This document shows positions 1 to 8,486 of a stretch of DNA of 64,000 nucleotides, piece by piece (position 1 is the first letter of the stretch; the number at the start of each line of letters is the position of its first letter). Source of the stretch: an uncultured Candidatus Bathyarchaeia archaeon (GTDB lineage Archaea; Thermoproteota; Bathyarchaeia; Bathyarchaeales; Bathycorpusculaceae); NCBI GenBank assembly GCA_964399235.1, contig CAYNQC010000002.1, forward strand, positions 3,224-67,223. Reading direction: 5' to 3'. Below the pieces are notes generated by a model that saw only the letters and a program-made list of their open reading frames with translations, was not told the DNA's origin and made no database searches. Position numbers and translations under genes: made by a program.

Positions 1-213
1 AACCGTACTGGTACCCGAGCGACCCCTTATTTTGAAGGTAGCCGAAGTGATGATTGCCCCGTTCGGTATGGTTACATTTAGAAATCGCGCGTAATTAATG
101 GACTCGATGCCATCATATATCCCTAGCATGAAGCCATCGGAGTATACCTGATTGTTGAGAACTTCCTGCCCGTCATCGGCGTTGGAAGTTACGGCGAGGT
201 TTAACGTGGTCAT
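1..213 (-). CDS. structural-module protein, N-terminal fragment (gene runs past window start)
   Basis: ATG at 213 on minus strand, frame open to position 1 (MTTLNLAVTSNADDGQEVLNNQVYSDGFMLG...); absent from ORF track because truncated. Confidence 0.4.
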   Translation of the reverse strand, partial: MTTLNLAVTSNADDGQEVLNNQVYSDGFMLGIYDGIESINYARFLNVTIPNGAIITSATFKIRGRSGTSTV

Positions 214-219
214 GCTGCG

Positions 220-639
220 TTAGTCGCTGGTCACTGAGGCGGCGGTAATGACGGGCGTGACTTCGATCTTGTCGCCGTTGTTGGCCACGTTATAGGGGCC
301 GTCGCTGAACTTCTCGGCCCATACCAGTTTGCCGCTGGTCCGTTGTAGCAGCATATAGCCATAGACGTTGCCCTGGGCGCCGGTGAATGTGAAGGTCTGC
401 TTGGCGTAACTGGCTGACGTCGGAGAGCCGCCGGTCACCGTCCAATTAGCGGCGGTCAGTTCAACCAGCGCGTACCCATAGGTATCGTTGGCGATCTCGG
501 TGAAGCTGGCCTCGGTATTGGTGTTCGCCATCGTGGCGTTGTTGGTGAACAGGCACAGGTCCAGGTCTTGCGGCGCAGTGTGGTTTAAGACGGCTTTAAG
601 AGCGAGCACTTCGCCCTGGTTCGGCATGACTATACTCAT
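220..639 (-). CDS. hypothetical small structural-module protein
   Basis: 139-aa ORF, tightly packed with neighbours, beta-rich composition; no family recognised. Confidence 0.6.
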   Translation of the reverse strand: MSIVMPNQGEVLALKAVLNHTAPQDLDLCLFTNNATMANTNTEASFTEIANDTYGYALVELTAANWTVTGGSPTSASYAKQTFTFTGAQGNVYGYMLLQRTSGKLVWAEKFSDGPYNVANNGDKIEVTPVITAASVTSD

Positions 640-664
640 GGCAGTTCCTGTGTTTCTATAGCTG

Positions 665-1039
665 TTATTCGGGGACTCTTAGCGTCAGGTCAGCCAGGAT
701 CTTTATCTTTCCTAACTGGATCGTCTTCACTGTATCGGGGATGGGAGGGGTGTTCGGAATCTTGATCTGAATGTCGCGGTACGCAAAACCGGGAATTAAG
801 TCGGCGGTAGCGGAAGCCGGGATCGGCAGCGTGGCGATGCCGCCAGTGGCATCAGCGCCGGAGGGGACTGTGTAGTCCACTTGTAACTGCGCATCCGCAT
901 CCGCGTCGGTCGCGTCGGTCTTGATCGTTATCGAGATGACCCAACCAGTAATATCGTACGGGGTATCAGTCCCCGCATGCTTGAAGGTTATGGTTCTGGA
1001 GTACGAATCCCCCCGCACCCATTCTTCGATAGCTGTCAT
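665..1039 (-). CDS. Ig-like small structural protein
   Basis: ORF 665-1063; ATG at 1039 preferred because GGGAG lies 6 nt upstream; GDSYSRTITF...DITGW pattern resembles Ig-like N-domains of phage fibre/baseplate proteins (from memory). Confidence 0.5.
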   Translation of the reverse strand: MTAIEEWVRGDSYSRTITFKHAGTDTPYDITGWVISITIKTDATDADADAQLQVDYTVPSGADATGGIATLPIPASATADLIPGFAYRDIQIKIPNTPPIPDTVKTIQLGKIKILADLTLRVPE

Positions 1040-1146
1040 GTGATACTCCCATAACGTCATCACGACGTGGAAAATAAATAGGCGGCAGCGCCGCCTAGAT
1101 AATATAGCAATCTCTTGGTAGTTATGTAACAGAAGAGGCTATCCGC

Positions 1147-1524
1147 CTATGGAACGTAGACCCATTTCCCATCCTGAAGCTTGTACAGCAACGGCTTAAC
1201 AGCATAGAACCGGCGAGTATCCTGGGTGGGTTGCCGGCGGTCCAGGTAAAATGGCGCAGACGAGGCGCTTATCCCGGAGGCATTGCGAGCCTGCACCGTG
1301 ATGGTTCGCTCACCACCCAGATTCCCCACGTCATAGCGCAGCAGCCATAGGTTGTTCGCTGATTTGACAGCAGGCACCACTACGGGATTTGGCATCCCGC
1401 TAACCGACACCACAAACTCTTTTGGAGCCCCAGGCCCGTCCGGGTATGGGTTTGCCGTCAAGACTGGGGCCGCTAAGGCTGCATTTGCTAGCAGCATTCC
1501 AGCAATTAGCGTCAAATGTTTCAT
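1147..1524 (-). CDS. secreted protein (signal peptide)
   Basis: MKHLTLIAGMLLANAALAAP signal-peptide-like N-terminus; GGGAGGG SD upstream of ATG. Confidence 0.6.
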   Translation of the reverse strand: MKHLTLIAGMLLANAALAAPVLTANPYPDGPGAPKEFVVSVSGMPNPVVVPAVKSANNLWLLRYDVGNLGGERTITVQARNASGISASSAPFYLDRRQPTQDTRRFYAVKPLLYKLQDGKWVYVP

Positions 1525-1536
1525 GTCACCCTCCCA

Positions 1537-1773
1537 TCACAAATTGGTTGGTTCGTATTCAGCGATAGGGATATTAGCGTCCACTGCCTGGTGCTCTTCC
1601 TGTATGGCTCTCGACATAGCGTAGTAGGCGTCCAGGCAATCACCAAGATAAGCGGCCAGAATATAGTCTGGAGTGTTCGTTTTGTTGTCAATGTAGTGCG
1701 TATTCATGACGCTGGAGAGCCCCAATAAAAGGGCCGGGTTGGTGAGTTTGTATTCGCTCATGCGCTCCTCCAT
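1537..1773 (-). CDS. hypothetical protein
   Basis: 78-aa ORF abutting stop of upstream gene; alternative ATG at 1761 has GGAGGA SD. Confidence 0.5.
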   Translation of the reverse strand: MEERMSEYKLTNPALLLGLSSVMNTHYIDNKTNTPDYILAAYLGDCLDAYYAMSRAIQEEHQAVDANIPIAEYEPTNL

Positions 1774-1989
1774 TTAAAACGTAGTGGGTTTGGCGATCGC
1801 CCTAACCAGCGCCATCAGGCCGGTCTGGAGGTCGGTGGCGCCAATCTCTACCCAGCGCTGATCACAATAGGGAGTCTCCCGCAACTGATCCACCATTCCG
1901 CCGAGCTTGACCCCCACATGCTTGAGCGAATTGATCAGCTCTACATCAACAGCATCAAGTTGGCGATAGCCAGTAATGGGGACGCTCAT
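1774..1989 (-). CDS. Acb2-like candidate cyclic-oligonucleotide sponge (anti-CBASS type), 71 aa
   Basis: Last 71 codons of ORF 1774-2292; ATGA overlap with upstream gene at 1986-1989; C-terminal DQRWVEIGATDLQTGLMALVRAIAKPTTF resembles the Phage_gp49_66/Acb2 family as I recall it. Confidence 0.5.
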   Translation of the reverse strand: MSVPITGYRQLDAVDVELINSLKHVGVKLGGMVDQLRETPYCDQRWVEIGATDLQTGLMALVRAIAKPTTF

Positions 1990-2366
1990 TGCAACTTCAG
2001 CCCAACTGGCGCCGCAGGAGGCTCGGATGCCACGACTTTGCTTGCTTCGTTGGACCACGGACTGCATTCGTCGGCCGACTGTGGGGGCACAGTGAAGGTG
2101 CCAGGCCGGCAGGCCTTGATCCGCCCAGTAACGGTAGTCCCGGTGCGCCCTGCCAGATCTATGGTGTAGGTGGTGGCGGTAATGGGGGTTATGGCGGGCG
2201 AGGCGGCATAGGTCCCGGAGCCCATCTTGGTCTCTAAAATAAATTTGTTGGCCCCGGTATTCTGGGTACTGTTGACAGGATAGGCGTCCCACTGAAAGGT
2301 GACGACGGGGGCGGCGGAGACGAGGGTAGGAACAAACAGGGCTAGAACAATCAGGATGTACTTCAT
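1986..2366 (-). CDS. secreted Ig/FN3-like protein
   Basis: Start at MKYILIVLALFVPTLVSAAP (signal peptide) inside ORF 1986-2417; beta-rich, Thr/Gly-rich mature part. Confidence 0.6.
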   Translation of the reverse strand: MKYILIVLALFVPTLVSAAPVVTFQWDAYPVNSTQNTGANKFILETKMGSGTYAASPAITPITATTYTIDLAGRTGTTVTGRIKACRPGTFTVPPQSADECSPWSNEASKVVASEPPAAPVGLKLQ

Positions 2367-2746
2367 TATGGTATCCATAAATGGTAGGAGAACACCGGGA
2401 TTATCCAATCCGGCCACTCCTGTCTTGCAAACAGCACCAAACCTCTGATGGTGCGCGTGTCGGCCCCATCCCTGACCAATTCGGCGCGCGCCGCGTTCAT
2501 GCTTTTCCCGGTAGTGAACACATCATCAACAATAAGTAGTGTGCGAGCCTTTGGGGATTCGTGGCGCCTTAATTTAGCGGCCAGTCTGAGCCCGCCATTG
2601 GGTATTCCGATTACCCGATGAAACTTGAAAGCAGAGTGAATTATATAAGTGAAGGTCTCTAAGTCTTGGTCGGTTAGATCGTCACACTCTATTTTCCAAG
2701 TGAGCGTTTTGTCGGCGTGAGACTGAAAGACCTTCCGGTTAAACAC
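2366..2746 (-). CDS. phosphoribosyltransferase-fold protein (short, 126 aa)
   Basis: LLIVDDVFTTGKSM is a type I PRTase PRPP-binding loop; GTG start. Confidence 0.75.
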   Translation of the reverse strand: MFNRKVFQSHADKTLTWKIECDDLTDQDLETFTYIIHSAFKFHRVIGIPNGGLRLAAKLRRHESPKARTLLIVDDVFTTGKSMNAARAELVRDGADTRTIRGLVLFARQEWPDWIIPVFSYHLWIP

Positions 2747-2752
2747 AGAGGC

Positions 2753-3079
2753 TTACGGGCCAGAGGCTTCAGCATCCGGCACGATGTCATCCAGAGCTTG
2801 GGCTTGAGCAGTCAGGGCGGCCAGGGCGGCATCCGCTTCTGGAGTCAGAGCGATATTAGCCAGCGCTAGCTGTAGCGCATCAATCTTGGCCAGGATCTCA
2901 GCCTTGGCTTTGGTGAGTTGGTTATCGACCGAGACCAGGGTCGCGGCTAGTTCATTGAGTTGAGTCATGACATTCTCCACACGATTCGGCAAGTGCACCC
3001 ACTTGGATAAATCGCCATCCCCGACGGGCAGCACAATGATCGGGGTTTGCGTATCAATAGTAATCTTCATAGTATACAT
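2753..3079 (-). CDS. coiled-coil protein
   Basis: ATG at 3079 (MYTMKITID...) with AGGAG 7 nt upstream; Ala/Leu heptad-like C-terminal half. Confidence 0.55.
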   Translation of the reverse strand: MYTMKITIDTQTPIIVLPVGDGDLSKWVHLPNRVENVMTQLNELAATLVSVDNQLTKAKAEILAKIDALQLALANIALTPEADAALAALTAQAQALDDIVPDAEASGP

Positions 3080-3141
3080 CGTTGTACTCCTGGCGCCCCA
3101 GCGCCTAAACCTCGACAGTAAAGGCTCCAGGAATGCACACA

Positions 3142-3468
3142 TCAGTATTCAAACGTTAGCAGACTATCCCGGTATTGCTTCTCCAGAGACTGGCAGGCGC
3201 TGGTATAGGTAGCAAATTTGTCTAGGTTTTTGTGGATCAGGTCGGGACATGCCTTGAAGGTATGTCGATCTTTGGGAAGGTTCACCCGGGCGGCGATCGC
3301 GGCCAGGGCGGTATCCAGCACATGGTTGGTGATCTCTAAAGTCTCTCTGATCTCCATAGGCGTCTTACCATTGCAGAGCAGCTCCACAATTCTAAGTCCG
3401 ATAAGCTCCTTGGGGTTTGCGGTTGCCCAACCAGATTGGGCCTCTTCTAAAATTTTAAGGGTATCCAC
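3142..3468 (-). CDS. putative HTH DNA-binding protein
   Basis: GKTPMEIRETLEITNHVLDTALAAI looks like a helix-turn-helix. Confidence 0.45.
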   Translation of the reverse strand: MDTLKILEEAQSGWATANPKELIGLRIVELLCNGKTPMEIRETLEITNHVLDTALAAIAARVNLPKDRHTFKACPDLIHKNLDKFATYTSACQSLEKQYRDSLLTFEY

Positions 3469-3469
3469 G

Positions 3470-3766
3470 CTATTGACCTGGCTGTGTTGATTGGATGATC
3501 GCAGTAAGAACTCTCACTTGCTCACGCAATATCTTATCACGAACAGCCAGTCTTTTGTAGGCGTCAGGGGTGATACATAGCTGATTATTTACCAGTTTAA
3601 ACTCATCACGGTTGACCACGGGCAGGTCTTGCATGGGCGGGGCATCGAGGGGGATCACCACGTACTCTTTTTGGGTGGCCGCACACCCGCATAGCATGAC
3701 AAAGACCGTGATGGAGAAGATCGCGAATGTCAGCCACCAGGTTATCCGTCTCCAGTCCATGATCAT
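3470..3766 (-). CDS. lipoprotein, possible spanin component
   Basis: Hydrophobic signal followed by lipobox-like LCGC; Pro-rich then helical C-terminus; lies in the lysis neighbourhood. Confidence 0.5.
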   Translation of the reverse strand: MIMDWRRITWWLTFAIFSITVFVMLCGCAATQKEYVVIPLDAPPMQDLPVVNRDEFKLVNNQLCITPDAYKRLAVRDKILREQVRVLTAIIQSTQPGQ

Positions 3767-3978
3767 GCCAGCGACTCCCCACTATACCGGCACCATGCCA
3801 TCCTGGCCTGCAACCACGCCTTGGTATAGCGCTGCACAGCGACTGCTTGTGGCTCCTGAAAGAACCCCGCCGAGACCTCTTCGAACTCAGCCGCCAGCAG
3901 GCGCAGCTCGTGGTCTGTCTCCAGCCCATCCTCATCCGCCCGTTCTCGCATTCGTCGCACCAGGTGGGGGTTGTTCAT
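3763..3978 (-). CDS. hypothetical protein
   Basis: 71-aa ORF with 4-nt overlaps to both neighbours. Confidence 0.5.
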   Translation of the reverse strand: MNNPHLVRRMRERADEDGLETDHELRLLAAEFEEVSAGFFQEPQAVAVQRYTKAWLQARMAWCRYSGESLA

Positions 3979-4226
3979 CGCTTGCTCTCGAAGTCCTTGG
4001 GGACGTCTGGGTTAGGGGGATCTCCAAGCTCTTTATCGGCAAGGGCTCTGGCATCCTCGGCGGCTTTTCTGGTCTTCTCCAGCATATTGAGTGCGTAGTT
4101 GGAGCGTTCAGTTTCGGCTCGTGCCGCGTCATAATCTTTGCGGACATTGCGCGCCTTCTGAAATCCGATCGCGCCGCCCAATAGACCGATAATTCCAAGC
4201 AGTATGCCTATCAATCCAGTTGTCAT
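3975..4226 (-). CDS. N-terminal TM plus coiled-coil protein (i-spanin- or holin-associated-like)
   Basis: Start MTTGLIGILLGIIGLLGGAIGF (TM helix), ATGA overlap with upstream gene at 4223-4226; charged helical tail. Confidence 0.5.
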   Translation of the reverse strand: MTTGLIGILLGIIGLLGGAIGFQKARNVRKDYDAARAETERSNYALNMLEKTRKAAEDARALADKELGDPPNPDVPKDFESKR

Positions 4227-4453
4227 GACTCGCCCCCCGTGATTGGTACCATATTCCTGACAGCTTTTTTGATTACCCGGCGCCAGCACCGGTTGGCCTC
4301 AGAAACAGTCATTGTGCCATTGCCATACAGCCGCATGACGGAGTTGATGTCGTGCTGCAGGTAGGCCAGCATATCTGGGTCCTCTATTCGATATCCATGC
4401 TCGAACAATTGCTCATCCAGGGGCGGGACGCACGCACCAACACGAATCTGCAT
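4223..4453 (-). CDS. hypothetical protein
   Basis: 76-aa ORF in translationally coupled chain. Confidence 0.55.
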   Translation of the reverse strand: MQIRVGACVPPLDEQLFEHGYRIEDPDMLAYLQHDINSVMRLYGNGTMTVSEANRCWRRVIKKAVRNMVPITGGES

Positions 4454-4713
4454 CAGTTGAGCGACTCCTTGCGGTAGAGTATGGACATGACGCGATTGAA
4501 CAGTTCTTGAATGACTTCCAGAGCCGTCTCCCCCTCAAGTAGTCCGTCCTGCACCAACGCATCAACGTGCCCAATACGGGCCACCAGGAGATTAACAGCA
4601 TCCGGATCGGCCGAGCAAAACCCCCTGCTCTCAAACTGCTCAAGCACAGTTGCTGCCGGGTCCGAGAAGTCAATGTTGAAGCTTTCCTCATCGCTGGACA
4701 TGTTGACAATCAT
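4453..4713 (-). CDS. hypothetical acidic protein
   Basis: 86-aa ORF, ATGA overlap with upstream gene. Confidence 0.55.
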   Translation of the reverse strand: MIVNMSSDEESFNIDFSDPAATVLEQFESRGFCSADPDAVNLLVARIGHVDALVQDGLLEGETALEVIQELFNRVMSILYRKESLN

Positions 4714-5162
4714 GGCGGCCCAGCCTCGTTGAGGTTGTTCATTACCGATGTGTTGAGGGTCAAATCGCCGCTGAGCGCTCCTAGCGCATGCTGGAGATGG
4801 TAATCCGCCAGAGTCAACTGCTGCAGGCTAAGGTAGGTTTCCCTGCCGGCGCGATTCTGCTGTATGAGTCTGCTCCAGTGATGGATTAACGCCGCCAGTA
4901 CCGCCGCAGGATCAATCTTGTCTGGCCCGAGGTGGAGCTCTATGCCGTCTCGATGAGTGATGATCTTATATATCTTTCCGTAGCCAATACCCTCCCCCTC
5001 GAGGGGGTCTTCACCATTCAGCACAAAACTTGGCATGGCATGAGTTTCGGTATCGTTGAGCCCTTCAAAAATAAGCACGCCTCTTACCTCTTCACGATAA
5101 TCATTAAGATCTTCCCAACGACGATACCGTAATTTACGGCCCAAAACAGTAAATGCGTCCAC
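4710..5162 (-). CDS. hypothetical protein
   Basis: 150-aa ORF directly downstream of holin candidate. Confidence 0.6.
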   Translation of the reverse strand: MDAFTVLGRKLRYRRWEDLNDYREEVRGVLIFEGLNDTETHAMPSFVLNGEDPLEGEGIGYGKIYKIITHRDGIELHLGPDKIDPAAVLAALIHHWSRLIQQNRAGRETYLSLQQLTLADYHLQHALGALSGDLTLNTSVMNNLNEAGPP

Positions 5163-5163
5163 A

Positions 5164-5406
5164 TCACGGTTGCCGATCGCCCATTACCTTAACGGCGCCA
5201 GCCTCGATCGTCTTAACCCATTTCCTGCCAACCCAGATAGCTATCAGTGCCGACACTCCTGTGCCAAACCCCAGATAATCCGGGGGAGTGCCCTTGTAGG
5301 TGGCCCAGACAAAACCGGCTATCAGCGCCATCCAAGGGATAAACACCAGCGTTAGGGTGATGGATAGCAACCCATCAGAATCGCGTAACCGAGGGATCAA
5401 TCTCAT
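5164..5406 (-). CDS. holin candidate (two TM segments)
   Basis: 80 aa, two hydrophobic helices, ATGA overlap with endolysin stop. Confidence 0.55.
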   Translation of the reverse strand: MRLIPRLRDSDGLLSITLTLVFIPWMALIAGFVWATYKGTPPDYLGFGTGVSALIAIWVGRKWVKTIEAGAVKVMGDRQP

Positions 5407-6047
5407 GCCTTTTCTCCAGTGGCCTTACTTGCCAGGGTAGCTTTCCCCGGGGAGGTCTTGTAATAAGCCGACAGCCCCAGATTGTAGGCGTCTACAAAGC
5501 GTACCAGGCCGTGAATACCGCCGTTTACCTGCTTACGGGCGGATGACAGGCTCCCGTTATCAAGGGCGGTACTGATCGCCGGCCAATGGTTGGTGACGAA
5601 CCCGCATAAAATATGGGCGGCCGCTTCCGGGTCGCAAGCCAGCTCGGGTTTGCCTATCAGATCGATACTGAGCAGTTCGCCATAACGATCGTAGTTCTCC
5701 CTCCCAGTAAGCTGCACGAAGCCCCTGCCGGGGTATTTGGCGCCATCCCCTGGGTGGGTATTGCCAAGGTCGCTGCGGTTGTTGTAGAGGCTGTACGGCT
5801 CTCCCCCGGGCGGAGTGTTGTACTTGGAGATCATCTCCTTGATGGGCTCGAAGCCCTCGGTCTCGGCCCGGATCGTCGCCAGCACCACCAATGGGAACCG
5901 GTAATCCTCGATGTGCCCGCCCTCGATGGCGCGAATCACGATGGGGCCATACCTCTCGATCATGCGGGCCGACCGCGCCGTCTTGCCGGCCGACAGCGGA
6001 AACATGCCCTTGATAAAGGGGACGGATAGCCAGGGGAACTTAAACAT
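5403..6047 (-). CDS. endolysin, glycoside hydrolase family 19 (chitinase-like)
   Basis: YPGRGFVQLTGRENYDRYG matches the GH19 signature; start taken at MFKFPW (6047). Confidence 0.8.
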   Translation of the reverse strand: MFKFPWLSVPFIKGMFPLSAGKTARSARMIERYGPIVIRAIEGGHIEDYRFPLVVLATIRAETEGFEPIKEMISKYNTPPGGEPYSLYNNRSDLGNTHPGDGAKYPGRGFVQLTGRENYDRYGELLSIDLIGKPELACDPEAAAHILCGFVTNHWPAISTALDNGSLSSARKQVNGGIHGLVRFVDAYNLGLSAYYKTSPGKATLASKATGEKA

Positions 6048-6858
6048 CGGTAGGGTTGATATCCAGCAGGCCGCCCAACAGGACGGCATAATTAATGATG
6101 TCAATCAGGGTGTCATAGGCGCTCTCGTCATCAACCTCCAGCCCCGCGCAGTCATTGGCAATGTAGGTCTGCAGGCGGGCGATCTTATCCAGCATCCTGA
6201 TCAGGATCCCTGTCCCCGCAGCAACCCCCAGGAGCTCGGCCGCCCTAAAGTTGCGATAGGGGTCGAAGGTGCCGCCATAGTCCCGGTTCTTTTTAATCAG
6301 CAATCTGCGGGCATTTTTTGCCATTGACCTGTGCCGATCGCGCAGACATTCCCCGGGGGCTTTTACCGGGACCGGAACCATCTCCGGATCCTCTGCCGCC
6401 GTCGTGGCCGCGTCCTCCTTGAGAGTGTTGAGATAGCGCTCCATTTTCGCCAGCATACTCGGATCACTCCAGGTCCAGGGCGGTGGGTCCGCCAAATCCT
6501 GCGCCTCTATGGCTTCCTTGACCGCAGGAGGAGGCTTGGTGGTCCAGACCTTATCCAAGTCGATTTTGGTGCCCGTAAAGAGCTCCGTGGCCTTGCCGTG
6601 CTTGATCTCAGTGTCTGTGATGCCTTGCTTGGGTGATGGCGCAGTTGGCGCTGCCGGCGGCTGATCGTCGATCACGATAGGTGAGCCTAAATTGGGGGTG
6701 ATGTACGGATCGGTAAGCTCTATGCTGGCATCCAGCTCGCCCTGCTTAAACTGTTCTGCGTAGGCGCTGCACTGTGCAACAAAAGCCTCGACCTTGGCCT
6801 TGGCTGCCTCGAGCTTGGCTTGATCCAGTTCGGGTACCTCGGGTTGGCGGTCTGTCAT
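6040..6858 (-). CDS. protein with DUF1599-like helical C-terminal domain
   Basis: Start MTDRQPEV at 6858; C-terminal KKNRDYGGTFDPYRNF...RMLDKIARLQTYI...DTLIDIINYAVL resembles DUF1599 as I recall it. Confidence 0.5.
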   Translation of the reverse strand: MTDRQPEVPELDQAKLEAAKAKVEAFVAQCSAYAEQFKQGELDASIELTDPYITPNLGSPIVIDDQPPAAPTAPSPKQGITDTEIKHGKATELFTGTKIDLDKVWTTKPPPAVKEAIEAQDLADPPPWTWSDPSMLAKMERYLNTLKEDAATTAAEDPEMVPVPVKAPGECLRDRHRSMAKNARRLLIKKNRDYGGTFDPYRNFRAAELLGVAAGTGILIRMLDKIARLQTYIANDCAGLEVDDESAYDTLIDIINYAVLLGGLLDINPTDV

Positions 6859-6865
6859 AAAACCC

Positions 6866-7135
6866 TCAAGGAAAAACGTTAAAGGGGAAGACTTCATAGA
6901 AGTCAGGATCGTCTGCCGGCGGCGGGCAAACACCAGTGACTGCTGCAGTAGGCTGTATTTCTTCAATCTGTACGTCGTCCTGTGGCCCAAACCTCCAAGG
7001 TCCTTCGTCCTGCATAAGCTCAAATACCCCACACTCAAGCTTCACCAAATGCACGCCGGGGTGTGCGCCCCTATACCAAAAATCCATCCCTGTGGGGACT
7101 TCCTCAAATTTCACTGTCACCAGCTTACCGTCCAT
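6866..7135 (-). CDS. hypothetical protein
   Basis: 89-aa ORF. Confidence 0.55.
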   Translation of the reverse strand: MDGKLVTVKFEEVPTGMDFWYRGAHPGVHLVKLECGVFELMQDEGPWRFGPQDDVQIEEIQPTAAVTGVCPPPADDPDFYEVFPFNVFP

Positions 7136-7388
7136 CGTCTTCGCACTCCTCCAGCTCTGTCTCTAGCGCGGCGATCTCATGGTTACACGCATCAATCTCG
7201 TTGCGCGCAGCAGTAAGCTCATCCTTTAGCCTCACTATCTCTTCCTCCTTTAACCTCACTAAGGCGATCAACTCTGCCGGGGTCATCAGCTCTATGGGCT
7301 TTGGGTATGGGATGGGTGCGTCGCTCTTTGGTTGAAAGTAGCGTGGCTCTCCGAAGTGTGATTCCGGTAGTGTCGATGTCACGGGCAA
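7125..7388 (-). CDS. coiled-coil protein (start uncertain)
   Basis: Track start is TTG; first ATG is at 7286; clear heptad segment LKEEEIVRLKDELTAARNEIDA. Confidence 0.4.
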   Translation of the reverse strand: MPVTSTLPESHFGEPRYFQPKSDAPIPYPKPIELMTPAELIALVRLKEEEIVRLKDELTAARNEIDACNHEIAALETELEECEDDGR

Positions 7389-7509
7389 TCTCCTGTAGTT
7401 GGGCCATCACCTTCATGGCCTTTCGATGCTGGGGATAGCGGCCCCCACTGTTTGAATCGGTGCGAAACTCCAGGGTCAGGGTGAGCGTCCATATCACCTT
7501 CTTTCCTCG

Positions 7510-7857
7510 TCAGCATGCTTGAGGAGCTTCTGGGTCGTCTTCAGGGCCAGGGCCGCCTGGGTCCTCCCATCCGCCCGCTCCCCTTCTTTCTCGTACAGCA
7601 TCACCAGGCTCATCCACAGTCTGAGTGCTGACTCCAAATCCTTCACTCGGTTGCTCATCTGGAAACTCTCGATAGTCGCTGGCTACTGGCTTGACCTCGA
7701 TATGACCGTAGTCATAGTGTTCGCACAGGTAGCCGACGTTCTTGTTGTTCAGCAGGCATCGCTCATGGATCCACCCTCCCCCAGGGAGGCAATAGTGAAT
7801 GCAGTTGGCGCAGGCATTACCCACTATCCTGTGCGTCTCGATAATGGATGCATTCAT
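7510..7857 (-). CDS. Cys-rich putative zinc-binding protein
   Basis: CANCIHYC...C...C pattern, acidic Gly/Pro tail. Confidence 0.55.
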   Translation of the reverse strand: MNASIIETHRIVGNACANCIHYCLPGGGWIHERCLLNNKNVGYLCEHYDYGHIEVKPVASDYREFPDEQPSEGFGVSTQTVDEPGDAVRERRGAGGWEDPGGPGPEDDPEAPQAC

Positions 7858-8011
7858 TGCTATCCAGATGGAAGAGGGCGCCCTGAATGGCGGCGATCGT
7901 CATCCGGTAACGCCGGTCATGGGCCAGGTAGACGAGGGCATGCACCAGCGCCGCCCGGGCATTTTCATAATTATCTTCGTCGCTTGGCTTGCTTTCGATG
8001 TCTTCCGTCAT
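7817..8011 (-). CDS. hypothetical protein
   Basis: Start MTEDIE at 8011 gives ATGA overlap with upstream stop. Confidence 0.45.
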   Translation of the reverse strand: MTEDIESKPSDEDNYENARAALVHALVYLAHDRRYRMTIAAIQGALFHLDSNECIHYRDAQDSG

Positions 8012-8196
8012 CTTAATATCCCCGTAAATAGATAACCAGTCACCCACCAGATGGCAGCCACGTAGATAGCCCAGCCAACCAGGGTCATCAAGCCCCTAAC
8101 CGCCTGCCTGCCCAGACTCCCCCAGTGGGACTGATGGCAGGTTTTGCAGGGCGGGCGGATGGGGACCACCTTTCTGTTACGGACTGGCTCGCTCAC
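8008..8196 (-). CDS. small membrane protein
   Basis: C-terminal TM MTLVGWAIYVAAIWWVTGYLF. Confidence 0.5.
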   Translation of the reverse strand: MSEPVRNRKVVPIRPPCKTCHQSHWGSLGRQAVRGLMTLVGWAIYVAAIWWVTGYLFTGILR

Positions 8197-8486
8197 GTCT
8201 GACTCACTGACTGGCTTGGAACTAATCTCAGTATATTGGGTGAACTGGATTTGAACAGATGCGAGGTCCTTGGCCAGTAATGCTTGCCGGCCGCCCGCAC
8301 CACATAGCTGCGCTCAGATCTAACCCCCCCGATACCATTGGTATAAAGGTCAGGGAACAGCTCCTTGCAGGGCATGATGCCCGGGGGGACCACCTGCATG
8401 ACAACCCCACTCTTGGCGATGGTGGTGCCCTTGGCCTGGCTCTCCCACTCCACTCGGTCCAGCAGATTGAAGGGCTTACGCATCAT
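8193..8486 (-). CDS. hypothetical protein
   Basis: 97-aa ORF, ATGA overlaps at both ends. Confidence 0.55.
   Translation of the reverse strand: MMRKPFNLLDRVEWESQAKGTTIAKSGVVMQVVPPGIMPCKELFPDLYTNGIGGVRSERSYVVRAAGKHYWPRTSHLFKSSSPNILRLVPSQSVSQT

Noticed and set aside
1990-2292. N-terminal 101 codons of the 172-aa ORF 1774-2292
   Set aside because: They are His/Arg-rich nonsense overlapping the well-formed signal-peptide gene 1986-2366. Only the last 71 codons, from an ATGA-coupled ATG, look real.
7389-7497. Start of ORF 7219-7497 (MIWTLTLTLEFRTDSNSGGRYPQHRKAMKVMAQLQEIARD...) looks coding for about 40 codons, then the coding signal moves to the 7125-7388 frame, which lacks an ATG
   Set aside because: It might be a frameshifted or fused gene or a sequencing indel. 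I cannot decide from sequence alone, so it is not annotated as a separate CDS or as a programmed frameshift.
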